From contig CAVQIH010000016.1 in the NCBI GenBank assembly GCA_963712585.1, positions 140,533 through 204,532 on the forward strand: DNA of 64,000 nt. Reading direction: 5' to 3'. The notes under the pieces are model-generated. The model ran no database searches. It saw only the letters and a list, made by a program, of their open reading frames with translations, and was not told the origin of the DNA. The position numbers were made by a program, and so were the translations under genes. Shown in pieces: positions 9,746 to 18,083 of this stretch. Within the stretch, counting starts at the first letter, position 1; every line of letters begins with the position of its first letter. Source of the DNA: an uncultured Chloroflexia bacterium (lineage in GTDB: Bacteria > Chloroflexota > Limnocylindria > Limnocylindrales > CSP1-4).

Positions 9746-9820
9746 TTGTCCACAGGCTGTCCACGACCGGTGGGGTTTGGTGGATATCGGGACCGACCGG
9801 CCAACCGAAGTCGTGGATAA
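9746..9820. promoter_or_regulatory. Cluster of four DnaA-box-like 9-mers
   Basis: Four sites:
- TTGTCCACA (9746-9754), exact high-GC DnaA-box consensus.
- CTGTCCACG (9757-9765).
- GGTGGATAT (9779-9787), reverse complement ATATCCACC.
- CGTGGATAA (9812-9820), reverse complement TTATCCACG, 8/9 to TTATCCACA.
Arrangement is two forward then two reverse within 75 bp. Confidence 0.45.
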
Positions 9821-9869
9821 CCGCGTTGACCCCCCAGCGACGGCCACGTAACGTAGCCCTTGCCCGAAG

Positions 9870-10045
9870 GGGCCGACGGGAACTGGCGAAGGATGCGATC
9901 GCATCAAAGCCTTCGGCGGGACCCACCCGGTTCCTTCGGGCGCTTCTTTGCCCGCCCTTCGGCGGGCGCCGGTCCGGCGGGACGCGATCGGCATCCCGGT
10001 GTCGATACTCCCGCCAGACCGGCGAAGCCTGGCCGGTTTCCCTCC
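9870..10045 (+). ncRNA. Candidate structured 5' leader / cis-regulatory RNA of punA (class unresolved; partial resemblance to the ZTP/pfl core)
   Basis: Elements read from the sequence:
- ACTGGCGAA (9882-9890).
- 14-nt palindromic hairpin GATGCGATCGCATC (9892-9905).
- GGGAC (9918-9922).
- Hairpin GCCCGCC-CTTC-GGCGGGC (9950-9967) followed by CGCC (9967-9970).
- Terminator-like hairpin AGACCGGC-GAAGCCTG-GCCGGTTT (10016-10039) just before the GGAG and GTG of punA. Confidence 0.25.
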
Positions 10046-10064
10046 GTTCCCCCGGAGTCCGCCC

Positions 10065-10934
10065 GTGGCCGACGCGGATCGCTCCCGCGAGATTCCTCCG
10101 AGCGAGCAGCCCGCCCTCATCGACGCCCTCGAGGCCGCTGTCCGGACACGGACCGACCTGGTCCCGAGGATCGGCCTGGTCCTGGGCTCAGGCCTCGGCG
10201 ACCTGGCTGACGAACTGGCCGACCCTGTCGTCATCCCCTTCGCGGACCTGCCGGGCTGGCCCGCGGCCACGGCCCCCGGCCACGCCGGTCGACTCGTGCT
10301 CGGGCGGCTGGCGGACGTCCCGGCCGTCATGCTCCAGGGTCGCCTGCACATGTACGAAGGGCTTCCGGCTGGACTCGCCGCGCAGCCCGTCCTGCTGATG
10401 GGCCGGCTCGGCGCCCGGATCGTCATCTTCACGAACGCCGCCGGCGGGATCGATCCGACCTTCGGGCCCGGGACGCTCATGGTGATCAGCGATCACCTCA
10501 ACCTGACCGGGCGGACGCCGCTCCTCGGTCAGAACGCGGACCATCTGGGGCCGCGCTTTCCCGACCAGACGGCCGTCTGGAGTCCCCGGTTGCGGGCGCG
10601 GCTCCATGCGGCGGCCGAGGCGGAGGGGGTCGAGTTGGCGAGCGGCGTGTACGCGGGCCTGCTCGGGCCCACCTACGAGACACCCGCGGAGGTGCGGATG
10701 CTCCGCGCCCTGGGGGCCGATGCCGTCGGAATGTCGACCGTCGTGGAGGCCATCGCGGCCAACTGGGCGGGCCTGGCGGTCTGCGGCGTCTCCCTCATCA
10801 CGAACCAGGCCGCCGGCCTTGGCGCCGAGCCCTTGACGCACGCGGAAGTCTTGGCCGCCGGTAACGCCGCCGGACCGCGCCTGGCACGAGTCCTGCGCCG
10901 CTTCGTGGCAGAGCTCGACACGCCGACCGAGTAG
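10065..10934 (+). CDS. punA: Purine nucleoside phosphorylase (PNP/MTAP family, PunA type)
   Basis: GLVLGSGLG, APGHAGRLVLG, RLHMYEG, IFTNAAGGI, GPTYETPAEVRMLRALGADAVGMSTVVE, SLITNQAAG. GTG at 10065 is preceded by GGAG; the longest ORF starts at 9948. Confidence 0.9.
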   Translation: MADADRSREIPPSEQPALIDALEAAVRTRTDLVPRIGLVLGSGLGDLADELADPVVIPFADLPGWPAATAPGHAGRLVLGRLADVPAVMLQGRLHMYEGLPAGLAAQPVLLMGRLGARIVIFTNAAGGIDPTFGPGTLMVISDHLNLTGRTPLLGQNADHLGPRFPDQTAVWSPRLRARLHAAAEAEGVELASGVYAGLLGPTYETPAEVRMLRALGADAVGMSTVVEAIAANWAGLAVCGVSLITNQAAGLGAEPLTHAEVLAAGNAAGPRLARVLRRFVAELDTPTE

Positions 10935-10940
10935 GCCAAC

Positions 10941-11618
10941 CTAGGCGCCGAGCCGCCGGTTCGGCGCCCCGACCGCGACGCGATCGGTCGCCACCATGGT
11001 GGCCGGCGTGCCGCAGACGTAGTAGCGGAGGCGGGTCCGGCCGGTGTTGACGACCCGGTGCGGGAGGCCGGCCTGGATTCGGATCCCCTTGAGCGGCTCG
11101 AGCGTCTCGCCGATGGCGTTGACCTCAATCTCTCCGCGCCCCTCGAACACCACGATGACGTGCTCGGACCCCGGGTGGGCGTGCCACGCATCCGCCCGGC
11201 CGGGCGACATCTCCACTTCATGGATGGCGAAGGTGGCGCTGCCGAAGTCGCCCGGCTCGACCAGCAGGCGGCGGCTGATCCCGTCGGCCTCCAGGAGACG
11301 GGCGGCGGCGCGACGACGGACCGGCTCCTCGGCACTCTCCCAACGGCGGAGGATCTCGCCCGGTCGGCGCGGGTCGGGCTCGACGGCGGCGAGCAGCGCG
11401 AGGGCGTCGATCGTCCCCTCGTTGCGCACGAGGTGGAATTCCGCGGCCGCCTCGTAGAGAACGTCTCCGGCGTCGAGGCGCGAGCGGCGGTCGAGCTCGT
11501 CGCCATGTTCGAACACCAGCTGGCCGCCGGCGATGTAGACGACCGTCTCGACCCCGTGGCGGTGGGGCCCGACCTCGACGCCGGGCGGGATCCGATCGAA
11601 CTGCAGCCGAATGGCCAT
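10941..11618 (-). CDS. Bicupin-domain protein
   Basis: Two cupin cores: PPGVEVGPHRHGVETVVYIAGG and PGRADAWHAHPGSEHVIVVFEGRGE. ATG at 11618 lies within the longer ORF that runs to 11732. Confidence 0.75.
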   Translation of the reverse strand: MAIRLQFDRIPPGVEVGPHRHGVETVVYIAGGQLVFEHGDELDRRSRLDAGDVLYEAAAEFHLVRNEGTIDALALLAAVEPDPRRPGEILRRWESAEEPVRRRAAARLLEADGISRRLLVEPGDFGSATFAIHEVEMSPGRADAWHAHPGSEHVIVVFEGRGEIEVNAIGETLEPLKGIRIQAGLPHRVVNTGRTRLRYYVCGTPATMVATDRVAVGAPNRRLGA

Positions 11619-11629
11619 CCCGGTGACCG

Positions 11630-12518
11630 TCAGCTGCCGAGCCCGCGGCTGGAGCGGCCGGCTGCCCTGGCCGCGTTCGCCTTCTCGGCCCAGGCTCCCA
11701 GAACGGTGTCGCGATGGGGGCGGATCGGGCAATGCTCGTCGCGGTTGCCGGCCTCATCGCAGTAGCCCAGCGGCACGCACTTCGGCGCCAGGAAGCTGCC
11801 GAGGAACGGGCTGACGGCGAAGACCTCGTGGCGGATGAGCTGGAAGAGCCGCCGGATCTCCCACTGGGCCATCGTGCAGAGACGGAGTCCGGACATGTGG
11901 ATGAGCGCCCGCAGGTTGGTCGTCATCACCAGGTTGGTGCGGGTTGCGTTGGGGAACACGAAGCGGGCGTCCTCGCCCGGGACGCCGGCCCGCAGCAGCT
12001 CGTCGTACAGTCCGAGTGCCCCTTCGATCTGCTCCTCGTAGCGCCGGCGGAGCTCCGGGTCCCCTTCGGCGATCGTCGCCGGGACCATGGTCGACGCGCC
12101 CTTGAACTTGACGTAGCGCTGGCTCTGCTGATCGAACGCCACGCCGGCCCGATGGCGGACCAGCTGGTGGCTGAGGGTTCGGCTGACGCCGCTGATGCCG
12201 AAGGTGAAGACCACGTGCTCGATGGTGGAGCCATGCCCCGATTCGACGACCCGGCCGATCAGCTCGCGCTGCTTGAGCGGGTCCACCTCGCCCGCCACGG
12301 CTCGCCGGAAGATCTCGTCCGGGTCGAGCTCGCTGTAGCACGTCCGGCACGCCGTGTAGATGAGCGGGAACGTAGAAGCGCTCGACGATCTCCCGGTCGG
12401 GGAAGAGCAGCCTGGCCCGCATCCCGAGCTCGTGGCGGCCAGGGTTGCGCGGGATCGCGGTCCGCGCGGCGGCACTGGCCTGGGCGGCACTGGCGGGGTC
12501 GGCGGGGCGCTCGGACAT
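11630..12518 (-). pseudogene. thyX: FAD-dependent thymidylate synthase ThyX, reading frame broken once near the 5' end
   Basis: ThyX motif LSHQLVRHRAGVAFDQQSQRY. HGSTIEHVVFTF. The N-terminus MRARLLFPDREIVERF is in one frame (ORF 11754-12518). The rest, (S)TFPLIYTACRTCYS..., is in another (ORF 11630-12490). The junction is at the GGG run 12366-12368. The start could be 12518 or 12422. Confidence 0.8.
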
Positions 12519-12538
12519 GGCTCAGCGAAGGATAGCGG

Positions 12539-13966
12539 TCAGCCGCCGGGAGGGCGAGCCGCCGGGCCGCGGCCCGAGGCCGAGCGCTCGGCTCCGCGGA
12601 ACCAGAACCAGTAGAGGAAGGTCGCCGCGCTGTAGAGCGCGATGATCGTCACGAAGTTGACGGCGTAGCCGGCCTCGAACCCGAGCTGTGCCTGGAGGAG
12701 GCTGTACCAGGGCCCCGCGAGAACCCAGCCCAGCGACCAGAGGAGGCTGGCGGCCGCCGACAGCGTGGCGCGTTCGTGCGGGTCGATCTGCTCCATCTGA
12801 AAGGCCTGCAGGATCGGGTTGCCGGCGTTCATGAGCGAGTTGCGGACTGCCATCGAAACGGCCACCGTCCAGAAGACCGGCGAGAACCCGAGGACGACCA
12901 GGAAGGGAATGCTGGCCGCCTGCACCAGGACGACCGAGCCGATCTTGCCGAACCGGCCGGCCAGGGCGGGTTGGAGAAGGATGGCCAGCGTCGTCCCCAG
13001 GCTGGTGATGGCGAAGAGGGCGTTGAGCGAGGCGAGCTCGAGGCCGAACTTGCCCTGGACGAACAGGTTGAGGAAGGGAATGACCTGACCGGCGCCGAGC
13101 GCGATCAGGAACCCCGGCAGCAGGAGCTTCGCGAAGAGGCGGGGGTCGCGAAGACCCCGCCCGAAGCGGCTCGCGGGTCGCGAGCGGATCCGGTCGGGGC
13201 GGGCGGCGATCGGTTCGCCGAGCCCACCGTCGCCCGGCCGCTGCTCGAGGGCGGCGCGCCGCAGCGACGGGCGGTCGTCGTGGAGCAGGGCCAGGACGCC
13301 TGCGTTGAGGATCCCGAAGACCGCCATCAGCACCAGCAGGACTCGGTAGGCGTCGGGGCCACCGGCATCGAAGCCGACCACCGACGCCACCAGGCTTGCC
13401 GCGAGGCCGCCCAGCAGGGCCGCCCCGACGTTGGTGGCGTTGGCGATCGCAAACTGGGCGGCGAACAGCTCGCTCCGGTGCTCGCGCCGGCTGTGCTCGG
13501 TCATGAACGGCACCTGGACGACGAAGACCGCCTGCGTGGCGGCCCCGAACATCGCCGCGAACGTGGCGAGAAGCAGCGGCTCCGAGGTCGCCAGGAATCC
13601 CAAGGTGGCGGCCGCGGAGACCACCGCACCACCGAGCAAGATTGCCCGGCGGCCCAGCCGATCGGAGGCCAGGCTAGCCGGGAATGCCACCACCGCCTGG
13701 GCGGCAGAGGATGCCGTCGCGATCAGGCCGATGGACGCACCGTCGAAGCCGAGGGCGGCAAGGTAGAGGTTGAAGTCGACCCAGTAGAGGCTGAGCGTGA
13801 CCCCGCCCACCAGCGAGGCGAGCAGGAAGACCCGGGCATCGCGCTCGAAGCCGGTGAAGCTCGCCAGGTAGTGGCGGACACGGCCGTTCCGCCGCGGCTG
13901 ATGCTGGGTCATGGCCTCCGCGTCGATGGTGTGGGCCGGCGTCGGGGGGGGCTTGGTGGTGCCCAT
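12539..13966 (-). CDS. MFS transporter
   Basis: 475 aa with about 12 predicted TM helices and the typical MFS loop SDRLGRRAILLGG. Confidence 0.85.
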   Translation of the reverse strand: MGTTKPPPTPAHTIDAEAMTQHQPRRNGRVRHYLASFTGFERDARVFLLASLVGGVTLSLYWVDFNLYLAALGFDGASIGLIATASSAAQAVVAFPASLASDRLGRRAILLGGAVVSAAATLGFLATSEPLLLATFAAMFGAATQAVFVVQVPFMTEHSRREHRSELFAAQFAIANATNVGAALLGGLAASLVASVVGFDAGGPDAYRVLLVLMAVFGILNAGVLALLHDDRPSLRRAALEQRPGDGGLGEPIAARPDRIRSRPASRFGRGLRDPRLFAKLLLPGFLIALGAGQVIPFLNLFVQGKFGLELASLNALFAITSLGTTLAILLQPALAGRFGKIGSVVLVQAASIPFLVVLGFSPVFWTVAVSMAVRNSLMNAGNPILQAFQMEQIDPHERATLSAAASLLWSLGWVLAGPWYSLLQAQLGFEAGYAVNFVTIIALYSAATFLYWFWFRGAERSASGRGPAARPPGG

Positions 13967-14052
13967 GGTAGTGGGCGGCAGGGGCGGCCGACGGCCGGCG
14001 CGAGACGAATCGAGTTGACGCGCTTCGGCCGCGCTCGCTAGGCTCAGCGGCC

Positions 14053-14736
14053 ATGACCGCCGAGGGCGCCCTGGCGACCACCTTTCTGGCCGGGATCGTC
14101 GCCGGCTATGGCATCGCCATCCCGATCGGGGCGATCGGACTCCTGATCATCGACGCGGGGATCCGTCATGGCCTGGCCATCGCGCTTGCCGCGGGCGCGG
14201 GAGCGGCGACGGCGGACCTGGCCTACGCGGCCGTGGCGGCCGTCTTCGGCGTGGCCCTGGCCGGCGTCATTGCGCCGATCGAGACGCCGCTGCGCATCGC
14301 CGCCGTGGCCGTGCTCGTCGCCATCGCCGGCCGAGGGTTGATGGGCCTGGTTCCCACGGCCGGGCCGGGGGCGGGCAGGCGGGAGGGCTCGGTGCCGGCC
14401 GGAGGAGGCGCGCCGTCCGCGGAGCCGGACGAGCGGACGCCGGCGCGGACCTACGTCACGTTCGTGGGCCTGACCCTGCTCAACCCGGCCACGGTCACGT
14501 ACTTCGCAGCGTTGATCGTGGGCCTGACGGCGACGGGCGCCGGGGTCGTGGAGAAGGCCGCCTTCGTGGCCGGCGCGGGGCTTTCGTCGTTGTCGTGGCA
14601 GTGGCTCCTGGCGGGGGTTGGAGCGCTGGCGCATGAGCGACTGCCGGCCCGCCTCCGGCTCGCGGTCGGGGTGGTGGGCTACCTGATCATCCTCGGCTTC
14701 GCCGTCACCATCGCGATCGGCCTGATCCCCGACTGA
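14053..14736 (+). CDS. LysE/RhtB-family amino-acid exporter
   Basis: 227 aa with hydrophobic helices. FLAGIVAGYGIAIPIGAIGLLIID and LLNPATVTYFAALIVGL are typical of LysE-type translocators. Confidence 0.8.
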   Translation: MTAEGALATTFLAGIVAGYGIAIPIGAIGLLIIDAGIRHGLAIALAAGAGAATADLAYAAVAAVFGVALAGVIAPIETPLRIAAVAVLVAIAGRGLMGLVPTAGPGAGRREGSVPAGGGAPSAEPDERTPARTYVTFVGLTLLNPATVTYFAALIVGLTATGAGVVEKAAFVAGAGLSSLSWQWLLAGVGALAHERLPARLRLAVGVVGYLIILGFAVTIAIGLIPD

Positions 14737-14762
14737 GCCACCCTGGGCCGGTGGCGGGCCTC

Positions 14763-16188
14763 TCAGGTCCGGGGCTGCGCCAGGGGCAGCGTCACCCGGA
14801 AGCATGTCCGACCCGGGCGCGACTCGACCGCAATCGTGCCGTGGTGACGCTGAACGACGATGTTGTACGCGATGTGCAGCCCGAGCCCGGTCCCGACGCC
14901 CGGCGCCTTGGTGGTGTAGAACGGTTCGAAGATGCGCGCCCGAACCTCTGCCGGCATGCCCGGCCCGTCGTCGCAGATCTCCACGACGACGTCGGCGTCG
15001 CGCCGAGACGCCCGAATCCGGATCTCGCCGCGTCCGCCCATGGCGTCGATCGCGTTGTCGAGGATGTTCGTCCAGACCTGGTTGAGCTCGCTCCCGAACG
15101 CCTCGATCTGCGGCAGGTCGGCTGGTAGTCGCGGACGATCGCGATCCCGGCCTTGAGCTTGGACGCAGGATCACGAGGGTGTTGTCCAGCCCGGCGCGGA
15201 GATCGACACGCTGCACCGGGGCCTGGTCCAGGAAGGAGTAGTCCTTGACCGCCTGCACGATCTCGGAGATGCGGCCGGCACCGGTCGTGACCTCGTCGAC
15301 GAGGGCGTGGACGCGAGCGCCTGCGGCGAGCCGGCCAGGTGACGACCCGTCCGAACGCGTCGCCCGCGAACGCCGCCTCGATCGCTCGAGGTGCGACACG
15401 ATCCCAGCCGCCCGCGACGAGCGCCGGGGTGAGCTCGCCGGCGTCCGCGACACCTCGTTCGGCCAGGAAGCGTCTCCAGCTCCCGACGCCCGGTCGCTGG
15501 CGTCGAGCGGGTCGAGCAGGACCGGCGGCGTGCCGGCGTGCCGGGCCACCTCCGCGGCAGAGCTCCGCGACTCCGCACCGCATGCTCGTCCGATCGTCGA
15601 CCACGGCACGAGCGCCGCGGTCGCCTCCGTCCAGCGGTCCAGGCTCTCCTGCAGGAGCGCCGCGCTCCGCTGGACGGCGGCCGCGGGATTGTTCAGCTCG
15701 TGGGCCAGCCCGCCGACGAGGGTCCCGAGCGCCGGCCAGCTTCTCGCGTTCCCGGAGCATCGCCTCGGTGCTCGCGAAGGCGACGGGTCACCGTGCCGCA
15801 GCATGAGCAGCGGTCGCCGGGCCGAGAGGACACCAGGTCGATGAAGGCACGTCACGCCCGATGCGGAGGACTCGCGTCTGGGAGCATGGCCCGCACCGAG
15901 GCCATTCGTGGAAGCGCCTCGAAGATGCGCCATCTCACCGACGATCTTCGCCGGGTCCCAGGACCCGACCGGGACCTCGTCGTGCCCGACGCCTTGCTCA
16001 CCTCGAATTCGCCTCGATACGATGGCGAAGAGCGCATCGCCCGGCTCGCCCTCGCGGCCATCAGGACCTCGCCGGGCTCGACGTCCATCGCCTCGGTGCC
16101 GTCGGCGATCGCCAGGTCCTCGTCGGAGAAGGCGGCGAAGAGCGGCACTCGCGAAGCTGCTCTCGATCGCCGCGATCGACCGGTCCAC
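14763..16188 (-). pseudogene. Cyclic-nucleotide-binding-domain sensor histidine kinase, multiply frameshifted
   Basis: Pieces lie in all three minus frames:
- cNMP domain: VPLFAAFSDEDLAIADGTEAMDVEPGEVLMA / EGEPGDALFAIV / IVGEMA.
- H-box: LGTLVGGLAHELNNPAAAVQRS.
- RISEIVQAVKDYSF.
- HATPase_c: EIRIRASRRDADVVVEICDDGPGMPAEVRARIFEPFYTTKAPGVGTGLGLHIAYNIV (ORF 14763-15041).
GTG start at 16188. Confidence 0.75.
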
Positions 16189-16203
16189 TCGGGGATCCGG
16201 CCG

Positions 16204-17892
16204 TCACAGGTCGGCGAGGTACTGGTGGACGAACTGGACCGCCATCGCACCCTCGCCGACCGCGGACGCGATTCGTTTGACCGAGCGCTGGACCGCACGT
16301 CGCCGGCGAGAAGATCCCGGGCACATTCGTCTCGAGCAGGATACGGCTCTCGGAGGGGTTTCCAGCCCTTGGTCGGGTGCCCTCCGGGACGCAGCGCCGC
16401 ACCCGTGAGGATGAAGCCGGCGTCGTCTCGCTCGACGAGGTCGCCGCAGCCAGTCCGTCCGGGGCTGCGCCCGATGAAGACGAACATCGCGCCGACGGCA
16501 ACCGGCTGCGTCCGGCGGCCTCTCGACGTCCGCGACGTCGATCGCCTCGAGCGTCTCGCCGCCGCTGGACGCCCGACGCACGTTGACGCTCATCCGCACG
16601 ACGATGTTCGCGCGTCGCCTCGATCTGGTCGACCAGGTACTGCCGACATCCCGGCCGCCAGCGGTCGGCTCCGCGCACGAGGAGCGTGACGTGCGTCGGC
16701 GAACCGGGCCAGGTAGACGGCCGCCTGACCGGCGGAGTTGCCGCCCCCGCGACCGCCACGTCGCTCGCCGCGGTAGAACAGGCGCCTCGGTGATCGCTGC
16801 GCCGTAGAAGATGCCGGCCCCGGTCAGCGGCTCGATCGCCCGGCAGCTCCAGCCTCCGGTACTAGACGCCGGTCGCGATCAGGAGCGCCTGGCAGCTGAG
16901 CTCCGATCCCGTCGGCCGAGCGGACCACGGTCCGGTACGGGTCGGCCACGGAACGCGGCCGACCTCCAGTGGGCGTCAGGATCTCGGCCCCGAGGCGGGA
17001 CTGGCCTGGGCCACGGCACGGCGCGCCAGGTCCGCGCCGGACAGGCCCACCGGGAAGCCCAGGTAGTTCTCGATGCGTGACGTCGTCCCGGCCTGCCCGC
17101 CCGGGGCCTCGCGCTCGACCAGCAGGGTCTGCAGGCCCTCAGACGCGCCGTAGACGGCGGCCGCGAGGCCGGCCGGCCCGCCCCCGACGATGATCAGGTC
17201 GTAGTAGGGCAGTGCGGCGTGCGTCCGTAGGCCGATGCGCTCGGCGATCTCGACGTTGGTCGGGTGCGACGAGATGGGTCCCGTCGGGGAAGACGAGCAG
17301 CGGGAGGCCCGCGGGCCTCGACGCCGGCGCTCCGGCGAGCTCGCGCCGCCTCCGCTTCGATCTCGACGGTCGAGCCAGCGGATAGGGGACGAGGTTGCGG
17401 GCCAGGTAGTCCTTGATCTCGTGCGCCGCGCGGCGACCAGCGGTGGCTGACGATGCGGACGCCCTCGAACGGCGGCCGGTACGTCGCGCCTGCCAGTCCG
17501 TCAGGAGATCTTCGAGGACCGGGTACAGCCGCTCCTCGGGCGGATCCCACGGCTTGAGGAGGTACTGATCGAGCCGGATCTCGTTGATCGCCCGGATCGC
17601 CACCTCGGTGTCGGCGTAGGCGGTCAGCAGGACCCGCTTGGCGTCCGGGTAGATCGTCATGCGCCTGGCTCAGGAACTCGACCCCGGTCATGACCGGCAT
17701 GCGCTGGTCGACGAGGAAGAGGGCGACGGCGTCGCCGCGCAGCTGGAGTCGACGGATCGCGTCGAGTGCCGCCGTTCCCGAGTCAGCCGACAGCACCCGG
17801 TAGTCCTGACCGTACCGGGCGCGCAGGTCGCGCTCTACGGCTCGCAGGACGAGCTGGTCGTCGTCGACCGCCAGGATCGCCGGGTTTGCCAC
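16204..17892 (-). pseudogene. Fused response-regulator receiver / thioredoxin-like / thioredoxin-reductase-type flavoprotein, multiply frameshifted
   Basis: GTG at 17892 is preceded by GGAGGG. Pieces found:
- REC: ILAVDDDQLVLRAVERDLRARYG ... FLVDQRMPVMTGVEFL ... KRVLLTAYADTEVAIRAINEIRLDQYLLKPWDP.
- Thioredoxin-like: IKDYLARNLVPY ... LLVFPDGTHLVAP.
- FAD fold: YYDLIIVGGGPAGLAAAVYGASEGLQTLLVEREAPGGQAGTTSRIENYLGFP.
- C-terminus: VPGIFSAGDVR... KRIASAVGEGAMAVQFVHQYL.
The pieces are spread over three frames. Confidence 0.75.
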
Positions 17893-18083
17893 CTCTCGCC
17901 CTCCAGCGCAACTCCGCGCCCACGGACCCGGCCCGCCCGGGAAGCGCCGCATCCTCGATGGTGGCCGCCGTTGCGCGCCTGAGGACGCCGTCGGCTCGGG
18001 GAGCCTGCGCGCCTAGACTCTACCGAACCCGCGGTGGCCCAGGTAGACCCCGGACCGGGCCACGGGCCGCAGGAGGTCGCCCC

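Noticed and set aside
9650-10064. The DnaA-box cluster as the chromosomal origin oriC
   Set aside because: There are only four boxes and no AT-rich unwinding element (the spacer stays GC-rich). There are no dnaA, dnaN, parAB or rpmH neighbours, and no switch in gene orientation around it. It is kept as a regulatory or titration-site candidate only.
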